Source of the DNA: an uncultured Chloroflexia bacterium
GTDB lineage: Bacteria > Chloroflexota > Anaerolineae > JAAYZQ01
Assembly: GCA_963700285.1 (NCBI GenBank)
Contig: CAVOXA010000010.1
Location: forward strand, 1,248,001-1,312,000
DNA length: 64,000 nt
Reading direction: 5' to 3'
Positions 53,901 to 63,941 of the stretch are shown here, piece by piece. The position numbers and the translations under genes were made by a program. Each line of letters begins with the position of its first letter. Positions within the stretch are counted from its first letter, which is position 1. The notes beneath the pieces were generated by a model, which saw nothing but the letters and a program-made list of their open reading frames with translations, did not search any database and was not told the DNA's origin.

Positions 53901-54731
53901 TGGGCCGTAGAGGAGAAGGAGGTGCTGACCCTCGGCGGCCCCGGCCGGACCTCGAGCCTGCTTGTACAGAACAACCTGGATGTTAGCGTCTGCGAAGTTT
54001 TGATCGAGCCGAACGAGACGGGCAAGTGGGAAGGCAATTGGCTCCAGGAGGAGGGCGCGGCGATCACGCCCGGCACGGCCTGGCGCTTCTGGGTGGAACC
54101 GGGCGAATATATCGTCGTGGCCCGCGATTGTGATGGCAACCAATTGAAGCTAAGCACCATAGACCTGAGCCAGAACCGGACCTGGACGCTGGGCGGCGGC
54201 CAGGGTGGCGGCCAGAATGAGGGCAGCAACTTTATCATCACCGTCAGCAACGACTCGCACGCGCCCATATGCTCTGTCAGAATCGCTCCCAGCGGAAGCG
54301 ACGATTGGGGCGACAATTGGCTGGGGTCCGCGTCCCTGCAGGCCGGCCAATCCAAGGAGTTTGTCGTCGACGCCGGTACCTACGACGTTGCCGCCCGGGA
54401 TTGCAGCGACGCCTATCTGGGAGTGCTGTGGGAGGTGGACAAGCCCGAGGTACTGACCATCGGCGGCCCCGGCCGGACCTCGAACATGGTCGTGCAGAAC
54501 GACCTGGAGATCGACGTCTGCGAGATCAAGATCTCACCGGCCGATGCGGAGGACTGGGGCGACGACTGGCTGCAGGAGGAGGGCGCGGTGATCACGGCGG
54601 GTACAGCCTGGCGCTTTTGGGTGGAGCCGGGCCTACATGACATCCTGGCCCGCGACTGTGACGGCGAGGATCTAGAGCGGGTCAATGACGTAGACCTTGC
54701 CAAGAACCTGCGGTGGGTCCTTCGGCCGTAG
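50994..54731 (+). CDS. S1C/HtrA-like serine protease lipoprotein with PDZ domain and C-terminal tandem repeats
   Basis: VAAC lipobox; TNNHVV, DLAVI, PGSSGGPL triad; SGSPADKTGLKAGD PDZ; four ~180-aa repeats. Confidence 0.92.
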   Translation: MKKALVTFVLGLALLVAACGGAEPTEPPAPTPVAAATLIPATTEALPSDTGQVTGLQDVRSATIRIQADGSFYDPDGNEYSSKSNGSGFIIDPEGIAVTNNHVVEGAAILHVWVGGESESRNARIVGVSECADLAVIDIEGDGYPYLTWYEGEISPGLAVYAAGYPHGEPEYTLTQGIVTRAQADGESDWASVDSVLQHQAPIAPGSSGGPLITEEGQVVAVNYASGEDALEFLAITGPQALPIIERLRADEDVDSIGINPQAVTFEDGLNGIWVTSVRSGSPADKTGLKAGDMITEMAGMTFLTDETPDEYTMADYCDILRTHGPEATIDIKVVRFDTEEVLEGQINGRPLEAAFSFADAGEDDVADAGESYSDYVLLKDDTGAIQLEVPAEWNDVDGRLLTRDDGTPLAASIIAAPDLDAYWDFQAPGIEFSSQPIIPGKLTIDQALEIFDYGDDCEYVGREPYSDPLYEGAYDHYTNCSGTSSALFVVATFPEDETFVNIIVIKALTDADLDAADYALATFSVVGDLPELGQGTDGDQPSDGSLVFTVGNRTPAAVCSIHMVPSDADGWGENWLGSGRLESGAYWSQAVEGGTTYDLLVKDCSDAVLGVRWKMDKNMVVNFGATNESVNLLFQNQTDVEVCELYVSPSDSEDWGDDLLGQPDTVVTPDKAWRFWLPPGTYDLLVRDCQGQDLEQVNEVDLTQNRTWTLGGGGQEGDQGNGDKFTITVHNLSPLPICSVAIVSAGSSEGGDNWLGSATLGTGQSKEFAVDAGSYDVWAEDCSNAYLGVLWAVDQPEVLTIGGSGRTSNLFVQNNLEADVCEIKISPVDAEDWGDDWLQEEGATIRTGRIWRFWVEPGIYDILARDCDGEDLERVDDVDLNENRSWTLGEETQEGDQNLGADLYIWVNNDTPQPICSVTIAPTGSKEWGDNLLQSEPLKAGEATPFGVDAGTYDVAARDCDSAFLGTLWAVEEKEVLTLGGPGRTSSLLVQNNLDVSVCEVLIEPNETGKWEGNWLQEEGAAITPGTAWRFWVEPGEYIVVARDCDGNQLKLSTIDLSQNRTWTLGGGQGGGQNEGSNFIITVSNDSHAPICSVRIAPSGSDDWGDNWLGSASLQAGQSKEFVVDAGTYDVAARDCSDAYLGVLWEVDKPEVLTIGGPGRTSNMVVQNDLEIDVCEIKISPADAEDWGDDWLQEEGAVITAGTAWRFWVEPGLHDILARDCDGEDLERVNDVDLAKNLRWVLRP
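52633..54722 (+). repeat. four intragenic ~540-bp repeats (eight ~90-aa subunits)
   Basis: Recurring V.N....VC.....P.....WG.(N/D)WL...YD....DC and WRFWVEPG.YD..ARDC.G.DLE.V..VDL..NR.WTL. Confidence 0.85.
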
Positions 54732-54769
54732 GGAGGGAGCCGCCTCTGAAAACCGTAGGCGCCTGACCC

Positions 54770-55060
54770 TCCGGCCTTGATCAGTCCGGCCGGCGAGGCG
54801 CACACGGCGGACAGGATGCTGGTGCTGGCCTGCCAGGCCAGCACCAGCCTGGCCGGCTACCTGCTGAATTTTAGCGGCGCCGTGCTGGACGCAGGCGCCG
54901 TCACTCACCCTAGCATGGGCCTCTTGGGCTACGAGACCTTTGCCTGGACGATGGCGGCCTACGATGTCCTGGGCAACCGTAGCGCCTATGCCAGCCCCTG
55001 GTCCTTCACCATCGAGCCGCAGCGCTTGTATACCTGCCGCTGGTGGTGAAAGCACCCTCT
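54770..55060 (+). pseudogene. remnant of secreted Ig/Fn3-like protein C-terminus with YLPLVVK motif
   Basis: WTMAAYDVLGNRSAYASPWSFTIE then TACCTGCCGCTGGTGGTGAAA (YLPLVVK) in shifted frame. Confidence 0.45.
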
Positions 55061-55584
55061 TCACGCCGGATCTGATCGTGGTGGACATCCTCGCTTCCAG
55101 GGACCACGTCTCGGTAGAGGATATTGCTTAGCCAGAACTCTGACGCGGGGGCCTACGGTAGCGGGATTGCTGATACTCGGGCTTGGGGCGTGGGGCTCCT
55201 GGACGTGCCCGGTCCGACCGCCCCCTTCACCGCAAGGCACGCCTTGTATCTGGGCTCTGGCCAGGCCTCGTACCTCTAGATGTGACTGGGTTGCCGGCCG
55301 CAGTGCCGGTCTGTGCAGGATTTCGCTAGGCCCGGATATCTTGAACACCGGACCAGTGATCCCGCCTCCCACCGTGACGAGGGGCGCCAGGTGGAGCTGG
55401 ATGGGCCGGGACTGCAATAACGCCTATCTCCGGTAGGGTACAACCCCATCCTCCAGATGGATGCGGCCCGCTGCAAATTGTGGTATACTCGAAGCAGCGA
55501 CTGGGATCGACCAGGGGCTTCAGGCAGGGTCGATCGACTGTGTCATCCGGCCTTCCGGCAAGGTCTCTGAGCGGGGTACACAGA

Positions 55585-57090
55585 ATGGATTCTCTTGGGA
55601 ACAGGTTGAGCAGCACCTTCCGCCAACTGCGCTGGAGGCTCACACTCAGCTACACAGCCGTCACTCTGGGAACCTTGCTGGTTTCATTGTTTGTCCTGGC
55701 AGTCCTGGCACTCTCGACCATCTTTTTGCCCTACGACCAAACCCCCCTGGAGATGTGGGTACAGGCTGCCGACGAACAGGCTGTGCCCCTGGCGCGCATG
55801 CTCCTCTCCGAATCCCCGCCCAACACCGCGGGGCTCTCCGACCTCGTGAACTACTCCGATGCAGCCAAGTTCGAAAGCCTGGATCTCTTGAGCATGGGCA
55901 ACGTCACCCTGTACGTACGGGCCACCTCTGCGGTCGAGATGTTCATCTTTGACTCCCGGGGGCTGCTGCTGGGTAGAACAGGCCATCCGCCGTTTCCAAG
56001 CTCGGGGCAGCAATTCGACGTACGGTCGGTGCCCAGGCTGGAGCCTCCCCTTCGAGCAGCACTGGCTGGCGAGCGCGACGCAACCCGTCTCGTGTCTGCC
56101 GGCGGTCCCGGTGAGGCGTGGGTCGTGGCCGTTCCGGTTTTTGGCTCCGGCCAGCACGAGGGTCAGCTCCTGGGAGCTGTCGCCTACATCCTCGAGTCCA
56201 TGCCCACCGAGGGTGAGATTTCGTCCCACGCGCTGGGGCTGTTGGCCAGGAGCCTCGTCTTGTTTCTGCTGGGTGCTGGCATCGTAGGGACTCTCTTTGG
56301 TTTCCTGACGGCCAGCAGCATGGTGAGGCGATTTCGTCGCCTGTCCAGCGCGTCGGAGGCCTGGAGCCAGGGGGATTTCTCAGCGTTCATCGACGATCCC
56401 ACGGGAGACGAGATTGGCCAGCTTGCCCATCGATTGAACAGCATGGCAGAACAATTACAGAACCTGCTCAAGCGACGTCAGGCCATGGCCATTTCTGAGG
56501 AACGAAACCGCTTGGCGCGCGACCTCCACGACAGTGCCAAGCAACAAGCGTTGGCCGCCTCTTTCCAGTTGGGAACAGCCATCACATTGTTCGAGCGCGA
56601 TCCGCAGGGCGCCAGAAAACACCTGATGGAGGCCGACACATTGGTGGATTCGGTCCGCAAGGAGTTGACCGATCTGATCCTTGAACTGCGCCCGCCAGCG
56701 ATGAACGGGCGGGACTTGGCCGAAACCCTGAATGAATACGCTATCGAATGGGCGCATCAGAATGCAATAACCGTTGACGTCAACGTGCATGGACATGACG
56801 GACTGCCCTCAGAGATCATGCAAACACTCTTCCGCATTATGCAGGAGGCTCTGGCCAATGTTGCTCGTCACAGCTCTGCCAGCAACGTGAATGTGAACCT
56901 GAGCTATGGCTCAGACAATGTCACACTGACCATCACCGACGATGGGTGTGGCTTTGACACTGGCCAGTTGCATGACGGAATGGGGCTGCATTCCATGCGT
57001 GAACGCGCCGGGTCGCTGAATGGTGGTTTCACCATCGAAAGCAGGCCAGGCCAGGGTACCAGTGTTTCTGTGACTTTCCCGACAAGCTGA
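55585..57090 (+). CDS. membrane sensor histidine kinase (HAMP, HisKA_3; LiaS/NarX-like)
   Basis: Two TM, DEIGQLA HAMP, ERNRLARDLHDS, QEALANVARHS, DDGCGF, GMGLHSMRER. Confidence 0.93.
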   Translation: MDSLGNRLSSTFRQLRWRLTLSYTAVTLGTLLVSLFVLAVLALSTIFLPYDQTPLEMWVQAADEQAVPLARMLLSESPPNTAGLSDLVNYSDAAKFESLDLLSMGNVTLYVRATSAVEMFIFDSRGLLLGRTGHPPFPSSGQQFDVRSVPRLEPPLRAALAGERDATRLVSAGGPGEAWVVAVPVFGSGQHEGQLLGAVAYILESMPTEGEISSHALGLLARSLVLFLLGAGIVGTLFGFLTASSMVRRFRRLSSASEAWSQGDFSAFIDDPTGDEIGQLAHRLNSMAEQLQNLLKRRQAMAISEERNRLARDLHDSAKQQALAASFQLGTAITLFERDPQGARKHLMEADTLVDSVRKELTDLILELRPPAMNGRDLAETLNEYAIEWAHQNAITVDVNVHGHDGLPSEIMQTLFRIMQEALANVARHSSASNVNVNLSYGSDNVTLTITDDGCGFDTGQLHDGMGLHSMRERAGSLNGGFTIESRPGQGTSVSVTFPTS

Positions 57091-57127
57091 CGGCCATTAG
57101 CAAATGGCGTATGGGGAGGATCTTTGT

Positions 57128-57784
57128 ATGCCTGACCCAATCACTGTGATGATCGTCGATGACCATGAGATGGTTCGCCAGGGTGCATCAGGTTATCTCG
57201 AGGCCCAACCCGATATCACCGTGGTCGCAGAAGCAGAATCGGGGGAAGAGGCCATCCGGCTGGCTCGAGAACACGTCCCGGACGTTGTATTGATGGACTT
57301 GGTTATGCCTGGGATGGATGGTGTGGACGCCACCCGCCAGGTCAAGGATGCCAGCCCTCGCTCCCAAATCATCGTCTTGACGTCGTACCATCAGGATGAG
57401 CACATCTTCCCCGCGCTCCAGGCAGGAGCGATCTCGTATCTGCTCAAGGACGTAAGGGCCAGGGAACTGGTCGAAGCCATATATCGTGCAGCCCAGGGGG
57501 AGGCCACGCTTCACCCCAGGGTTGCAGCGCGCGTCATAAAAGCGTTCCGTTGTGAGGGTCTCGACAAGAGCAGCCCCTTCACGGTGCTGACCGAGCGCGA
57601 GATGGATGTGCTCAAGTTACTTGCCAAGGGGTATGCCAACAGCAAGATCGCCGAAGAACTGGTTATCACAGTGGGCACCGTCAAAGGCCACGTCAGCAAC
57701 ATACTGAGCAAATTGCATCTCGCCGACCGTACCCAAGCCGCAGTCTATGCCTGGCAAGAAGGCATAGTCCGCCGCGAGACGTAG
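57128..57784 (+). CDS. NarL/LiaR-family response regulator
   Basis: VDDHEMVR, DVVLMDLVMP, LTEREMDVL..GYAN..IA..TVKGHVSNIL. Confidence 0.95.
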   Translation: MPDPITVMIVDDHEMVRQGASGYLEAQPDITVVAEAESGEEAIRLAREHVPDVVLMDLVMPGMDGVDATRQVKDASPRSQIIVLTSYHQDEHIFPALQAGAISYLLKDVRARELVEAIYRAAQGEATLHPRVAARVIKAFRCEGLDKSSPFTVLTEREMDVLKLLAKGYANSKIAEELVITVGTVKGHVSNILSKLHLADRTQAAVYAWQEGIVRRET

Positions 57785-57950
57785 GATAGGCCCAGAGACA
57801 TATCTTGCGACAGGCAAAAAAACTTCCTCCAGACCCGTGTCATCCCTCACACTCTGTGCTATGCTGCACACAGCACTCTGTTGTCAGTGGCACCTGAGGG
57901 ATTAAGCCGCGATGGGGCGACAGCCACCATCCCGGAAAGGGGAGGAGAAT

Positions 57951-58598
57951 GTGAACAAGCAGCGAGAAAAACCCAGTGGCTGGTACTACGGACTTGCCGC
58001 TCTGATTCCCGTGCTAGGCGGTCTGACGGCAGCGGCCCTGGTGTGGCAGTGGTTTCCAGGCCTGCCAGGCACCTTTGAAGCCAAGATGGACCTGGACAAC
58101 CTGACTCAAGTCGTGGTTCCCGGCTCAGCAGAGATCACCTTCGCCGAGCGCGGGGCCTACGCGGTCTATTACGAATACCGCAGTGTGGTCGACGGTGTCA
58201 TCTTTGCCAGTAGCGAGACACCGCCGGCGCTGGCCTGCAGCCTGACCTCCAGGGCCACCGGCGCGGACATCGCAGTCGTCCCTGACTATGTCAAAACCAA
58301 CACCTACGCAACCAAAGATCGGGAGCGCGTGGGCGTGTTAATCCGGAGCATTCCCATAGATGAGCCGGGCACCTACACCATCTCCTGCCGCCATGTGGAT
58401 GGCAGTTCGCAACCGGGGATTGTGCTGGCCGTCGGTCCGAACCTGGATTGGGAGTTCTTGAGCATCGCGGCAAGAACTGTCTTGACGGCCTTGGCTGGCC
58501 TGGCCATGCTACACGGGTCCAGCGCCCTCGCCGTCATCATCGTGATTGTGGTTGCCGTTGGACGGCGAAAGTCGAGACCGGCTATCGCGGCAGGATAG
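57951..58598 (+). CDS. hypothetical membrane protein (two TM, extracytoplasmic beta domain)
   Basis: GTG start after GGAGGAG; hydrophobic segments at both ends. Confidence 0.7.
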   Translation: MNKQREKPSGWYYGLAALIPVLGGLTAAALVWQWFPGLPGTFEAKMDLDNLTQVVVPGSAEITFAERGAYAVYYEYRSVVDGVIFASSETPPALACSLTSRATGADIAVVPDYVKTNTYATKDRERVGVLIRSIPIDEPGTYTISCRHVDGSSQPGIVLAVGPNLDWEFLSIAARTVLTALAGLAMLHGSSALAVIIVIVVAVGRRKSRPAIAAG

Positions 58599-58644
58599 CC
58601 CAGGAAAGAAGGTGGGGCATGAACCGATACCGGATCGACCAGGC

Positions 58645-60897
58645 CTACCACTTGAACAAGACCGTCCCCTCATCTGCCACCACGCGCCCATACGCCTGCT
58701 CGCCGTTCAGGCTGCCGCGCTCCGTGGGCAGCGGCCTGCCACCACACTCCGCCCTGGCAAACCACCCCGGCTCCACCCCCACGCGCCGTACCGATACCTG
58801 GCGCCCCACGGGCGAACCGGAGATGGTCATCGTCCTGGTCCGCCTCATTCCAGGCAAACTCGGTGCCATCGTGCAGGCGGAAGCGCCCATCGGCCCCAGG
58901 ATACAAGTCGAGGCGCAGGTCGTCACCCGCCTGCCGCACCCCCGCCTGGGTCGCCGGCAGCAGCGTGTCCGGAGAGGGATCGAGACGGGGGATGATGGCA
59001 CCTGCTCGGGCGAAAACCGGGATCTGTCTCTACCTCCGCCCGGTGCCGGACCACCCGCCCGCCCTGCAGCAGCTCGCCGGTCCAAAAGTCGCGCCACAGG
59101 CCCTGCGGCAGGTAGACCAGCCGCGTGCGGCTGAAGCCATAGTACACCGGTGCCACCAGCAGCTCCGCGCCGAAAGCAGTACTGGTGCTCGGCCAGGTCG
59201 CCCCACGCATCGGGCTCGTCAGGGAATTCCAGCGGCATGGCCCGCATGATGGGCAGGCCCGTCCGCGAAGCCTCGCGGGCATAGGCATAGATGTAGGGGA
59301 AAAGGTCGGTGTGCAGTTGGGCATAGCGCCGGTAGACGTCCAGGGTCTGCTGCGAAAAGGTCCAGGGCTCGCGGCGGCCGGCGCCGTGGACCATCATGAT
59401 GGGCGAAAAGGCGCCGAACTGCGACCAGCGTTTATAGACCTCGTCGCGAGGGCGTGCCAAAGTAGCCGCCGATGTCGCTGGTCCAGTAGGGGAACCCCGA
59501 CATCCCTGCGCTCAGCCCGGCCACGATGGCCGTGCGCAGGCCGCTGGCGTGGGCAAAATCAGAGGTCTGGTCGCCGGCCCAGATGGCCGACAGCCGCTGC
59601 GAGCCATGCCAGCCTGACCGCGCCAGCAGCACAGCCGGCTGGGTCGTCTGCATGGCCTCGTAGGTGAGTCTCGTTGTAGAGCCGGGGGTAGATGTTGTGC
59701 ATCTCGCGCCCGGTCCGCCCATCGTGGAACAGGGCATCCTCGGGCACCTGCTCCCCAAAATCGGTGTTGAAGCCGCTGACGCCCATCCCGGCCAGGCGGC
59801 GGATCTTGTCCTGCCACCAGGCGACGGCCTCGGGGTTGGTGAGGTCGATGCAGGAGCCGACCAGCATCGGGTTGTTGCCCAGCCGGTGGACATAGACCTC
59901 ACCCTCCGGGTTCTTGATCAGATAGCCCCGTTCGGCGCAGGCATCATAAGGCGTCGTTGGGATCGTCGCTCGTTGTCCACCGCCATCCAGGGCGAGATCC
60001 ACACCACCAGGCGGCTGCCGTGGGCGTGGATGTGGTCGATCATGGCCGGGGGTCCGGGAACTTGCACCGGGTCAAACTCAAAGGTGTGATAGGCGACTTC
60101 CCAGCGGGCGTCGATCAGCTTGACCGTGGCCGGCAGGCCCAGCTCGTGCTGCTATCTCCACGTCCTCGCGGATCCCGGCCTGGTCGGCCGTCTGCCAGTC
60201 GCGCGATTTCCACGGACCAAATACCCAGACTGGCGGCACCTCGGGCCGGCCGGCGATGGCCGTGTAGCGCGACAGGATCTCCTTGGGCGTCCGGCCGGGG
60301 AGGACGGTCAGGCTCAGGGCCGGCGCCGCGTTGCGGATCGAGACCACCCCGGGATCGTCGGGCGTCGCCATGCGGGCCACGCAGCGGACGTCGGTGTCGA
60401 TGTGCAGGCCATAGCCCGCGCTCGACAGGTAAAAAGGGCACGGGGATGTAGGTCAGACCTCCCTGGGCGCCATCCTCCACCCACAGGTCCACCTCCTTGC
60501 CCCGCTGGTCCAGCGAATCGAAACGCTCGCCAAAGCCCAGATAGTGCTCGTCGGGCCGGGCGTGAAGGTCCGCCGCCAGCCAGGTTGCGCCCCCGAAGTC
60601 AGTACGTAGATCGACCCGCACCTGGTCCCCGGTCAAGGAGATCTGGGCGAAAATGATTGCGCCATCTTCAGCCACGAACTGCAGCGCCACCCTGCCGGCC
60701 TCCGCTTCCACCAGATCCGCCCGGTCCGCGCGCTGCCAGGCACCCCCCTCGGGCAGGAGCCGCACGGCCTGCATCTGCCATATCACATCGCCTTGGGCGG
60801 CATCAGATAGGGCGCAGGCAAAGGGCGAGGTCCACACGCGGAGCAGGTATTTGTCTGAGGTGAGGGTAACAGCCTCGAGCATAGGATCCAGGTCCAT
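58645..60897 (-). CDS. glycoside hydrolase family 31 (alpha-xylosidase/glucosidase-like), multiple frameshifts
   Basis: GFGERF, FNTDFGE, HNIYP, IWAGDQ, YWTSDIGGYF, RWSQFGAFSP, PIMRAM, LLVAPV. Confidence 0.88.
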
Positions 60898-61068
60898 CAG
60901 CAATCTCCTTATCGCCTGCCAGCTTCAGAAGACCCAGCACCCGTTCGTAGTAGGCACTTTAGTGCCGTTCTTCTCAACTTCTCAGTGTGTCCTGAGGCAC
61001 TGAAGCACATCCTGAGTATATTCCGAGTCTTCAAAGGATCTGTCGAAAGACTTGTCCAAGGGTGCCCA

Positions 61069-62256
61069 CTACGAACCATCATCGCGCCTACGGAGTATGG
61101 GATACTGGCCCATCTCTCGCGCGGTGTCCAGCATGGCCATATAGTACGCCGGTTTGACGCCCGGGTGGACCGAATTGCTGGTGGACAGCACAAAGCCGCC
61201 GCCCGGCGCGGCGGTCTCGATCACCCAGGCGGTCTGCTCGCGCACCGCCTCGACCGGACCCTCCACCAGGACGGTGCCACAATCCACGTTGCCAATGAGC
61301 GTCAGCCGCTCCCCATACTCGAGCTTGATCCGGGCGATGTCCATGCCGGCGCCGGGCTCGATGGCCTGGAAGCCATCCACGCCAGCCCTGACCATCCTCT
61401 CCAGGAGGATGTTGACGTTGCCGTCGGTGTGCTTGATATAGGGCACGCGGTAGCGGTGGCAGAGATCGGTGATCTGCCGGAGGCGAGGGAAAACAAACTG
61501 GTCGAAATGGCGCGGCGAGAACATGGGACCGGCCTTGGCGGCCCAATCGACGCCGCCGATCACGCCATCCACCCCCCGCTCCAGCACCGCTTCCAGCAGC
61601 ATGAGGGTCACGCGCAGGTGGGCGTCCAGGTAGCGGTGGATCAGATCCGGGGCCTTGATCAGGCCCACCAAAAAGTGCTCGGCCCAGTCCCAAGTGGAGC
61701 CCAAGGCCACGTCCGCCTCGCCCATCACAAACCGGTCCCGGCCCATTTCGGCCAGCACTGTGTCCACCGGGGCAAAATCCCAGTCCTCCAGGCGCGGTGT
61801 GCTGGCTTCCATGGCTGCCGTGACCCGCTCCAGTTCGGCCAGGCCGTCCTGGCGGAGGGAAGAATCCACCTGGTCGTAAATGTCGCTGTCGGGCGCGTGA
61901 CGGTAGAGGCCCCATTGTCCGCTGGCCGGATCGGTGAAACGCCAGGCATGTTCCTCCACCTGTTCCGGCACCAGGGGACAACGCGACACAGGGTGGATGC
62001 TGCCCAGCGCGTCCAGGTCCAGGGCGCGCCACAGCTCGATCTCATCGGCGACGCGCTGCCGGTGGTACTCGGTAATACGGCCCGCCATCAACGCCTCGTT
62101 CTGGGCCACGCCACGGGCGCGGCCGCCAAAGCCACACAGATTGGGCCGGCCCAGGACCTGCTCCGCGGTGGGATTGTCGATGGTCAGCGCCATGACCGGC
62201 ACCCGGTCCGGTTCCCGGTGGGCAAATGCGGTCTGGATCCGTTCTTTGCTGTTCAC
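61069..62256 (-). CDS. uroporphyrinogen decarboxylase-superfamily protein (MtbA/CmuA-like)
   Basis: NSKERIQTAFAHREPDRVPV, MFSPRHF, KHTDGN, LIGNVDC, GGGFVLSTSNSV; GTG start at 62256. Confidence 0.87.
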   Translation of the reverse strand: MNSKERIQTAFAHREPDRVPVMALTIDNPTAEQVLGRPNLCGFGGRARGVAQNEALMAGRITEYHRQRVADEIELWRALDLDALGSIHPVSRCPLVPEQVEEHAWRFTDPASGQWGLYRHAPDSDIYDQVDSSLRQDGLAELERVTAAMEASTPRLEDWDFAPVDTVLAEMGRDRFVMGEADVALGSTWDWAEHFLVGLIKAPDLIHRYLDAHLRVTLMLLEAVLERGVDGVIGGVDWAAKAGPMFSPRHFDQFVFPRLRQITDLCHRYRVPYIKHTDGNVNILLERMVRAGVDGFQAIEPGAGMDIARIKLEYGERLTLIGNVDCGTVLVEGPVEAVREQTAWVIETAAPGGGFVLSTSNSVHPGVKPAYYMAMLDTAREMGQYPILRRRDDGS

Positions 62257-62257
62257 G

Positions 62258-63649
62258 CTAGATCTCTCGTTCCTTCCACTTGCCCCTTCTAAACCACGTG
62301 ATAAAAAGGATTCCGTTGGCGATGTTGGCCAGGGCGCGCCCCAACCAGATCCCGGCGAGGCCCAGCCCCAGCCCGCTGGACAGGACCAGGGCGGCCGGGA
62401 TCTGGAGCACCCACAGGGTAAGGAGATTGATGGTGGCCGCCGGCAGCGTGTTGCCTGCACCGTCGAGACCGCGATTGAGGGCAAAGCCAACCCCATCAAG
62501 TACGAGGGAGAAGGCGATGATGCGGATAAACCCGACACCGATGGCCACAACCTCTGGCGTCGCATCAAAGGCCGCGATGAGCGGCCTGGCGAGCACAAAG
62601 GCGAGGGCCGCGACCGCCAGCATATAGACAGCAACGTAGGCGCTGACCCACCAGGCGCTGCGTTCGGCCCGTTCCGGTTTCTCGGCGCCCAGATTCTGGC
62701 CGACCAGGGTACCCGCGACGTTGCCCAGGCCAAAGCAGGGAACCAGGGCGACGTACAAGAAGCGGTCGGCCAGGCCAAAGGCAGCGGTGGCAAAGGTACC
62801 GTGGGCGCCCACCATCGACAGAACGACGATGTTGGATGCGGATCGAAACGTCATCTGGACGGCGCTGGGCAGCGCGATGCCTGTAATGCGGGCCATGAGG
62901 GGCAGGTCGGGCCGCAGATGTCTCAATCTCAGTCCGATGCAGGCTCTGCCCCTGATCAGGATGGCGACCTGCATCAACAGGCCGCAGCCCATGCCCAGGA
63001 CGTAGGCAGCGGCCGAGCCGGCGATGCCAAACCTGGGCATGGGGCCCAGGCCCAGGACGAGGACCGGTTCAGAGACGATGGTCGTCACTGTGGTTACCAG
63101 CAGAACCCACATGGCCAGTCGCGCATCTCCGGCGCCGCGCAGCATGGAGTTGATGACATAGACCAGCACCCAGACGAAAGAGCCAAGGAAGGTGATGCGC
63201 AGGTAGGTCATCCCCAGCGCCTGAACTTGGGCATCGGCGCCCAAGAGCTGCAGCAGGGGACGTGCCAGCGCCAGGCCGAGGGCGGCCAAAAGGATCGAGA
63301 CGAGGATGCCCAGCAGGATGGTCTGGCCGGTCGCGTGATCGGCAGCATCCCGGTCCCGGGCGCCGATGCGCCGGGCTACGACCGCCAGGCCACCAATACC
63401 CAAGCCCATAGAGGTACTTTGGGCGAACCAGCGGATGGCTATGCCCATGGTGACAGTAGCCAGGGCCGCCGAGCCAAGGCGGCTGACCCAATAGACGTCG
63501 AGTAGATCGGCGACATTCAGGATGCCGGCCTCGAGCACCATGGCCGGCGCCAGGTACCAGATGGCCCGATGGATACTGCCGGTGGTCAGGTCCCTGTCCG
63601 GGACCTCCTGGCGAGGGCGGGGGCAGCTATAGGTCGTCTCGACGGCCAT
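62258..63649 (-). CDS. MATE-family efflux transporter
   Basis: DLTTGSI, RGAGDA, GIAGSAAA, VGQNLGA, FRRGKWK; about 12 TM. Confidence 0.93.
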   Translation of the reverse strand: MAVETTYSCPRPRQEVPDRDLTTGSIHRAIWYLAPAMVLEAGILNVADLLDVYWVSRLGSAALATVTMGIAIRWFAQSTSMGLGIGGLAVVARRIGARDRDAADHATGQTILLGILVSILLAALGLALARPLLQLLGADAQVQALGMTYLRITFLGSFVWVLVYVINSMLRGAGDARLAMWVLLVTTVTTIVSEPVLVLGLGPMPRFGIAGSAAAYVLGMGCGLLMQVAILIRGRACIGLRLRHLRPDLPLMARITGIALPSAVQMTFRSASNIVVLSMVGAHGTFATAAFGLADRFLYVALVPCFGLGNVAGTLVGQNLGAEKPERAERSAWWVSAYVAVYMLAVAALAFVLARPLIAAFDATPEVVAIGVGFIRIIAFSLVLDGVGFALNRGLDGAGNTLPAATINLLTLWVLQIPAALVLSSGLGLGLAGIWLGRALANIANGILFITWFRRGKWKEREI

Positions 63650-63779
63650 GCGCCCGCGCCTGCCACGAGGGACTCGTCAGGCTTTTTCCCTCGCCTTTGC
63701 CCTCGCGACTGTCTTCGATACTTGGTTGTGGCGCTGGCCCGCAAAACATCTCGCCGGCCAGCGAATCTGCACCATGCGA

Positions 63780-63941
63780 ACGCCGACTAGACAGCCACGC
63801 GCCTATCTCGTCCAGCGAATAGGCGCCATAGCGCGAGCCAGGGATGTCGTGCGAAATCTTGGCCCAGGCTTTCTTGATCTCGTCCTGATACCGCTTCAGC
63901 AATGCGGCCAATTCTGGCGCTCTCGGCGCGTTCGTGATCAT
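63780..63941 (-). pseudogene. N-terminal remnant of a sensor protein (RsbRD-N-like helical domain)
   Basis: LAALLKRYQDEIKKAWAK...YGAYSLDEI then loss of coding character. Confidence 0.3.

Noticed and set aside
52633-54722. Long repeats as CRISPR array or mobile element
   Set aside because: They are in-frame protein domain repeats of about 540 bp with no spacer structure; no cas genes are present.
57832-57850. ACCCGTGTCATCCCTC resembling the tRNA 3' end
   Set aside because: Short, mismatched and without the upstream motif.
7285-60897. Numerous frameshifts in lhr, abiE, amidohydrolase, mttB2, SNF2, ADH, the cyclase fusion and GH31, as possible programmed frameshifting or mass pseudogenisation
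   Set aside because: They are single-base indels scattered across unrelated genes with otherwise intact motifs and few in-frame stops. This fits long-read assembly error best, and needs read polishing to confirm.
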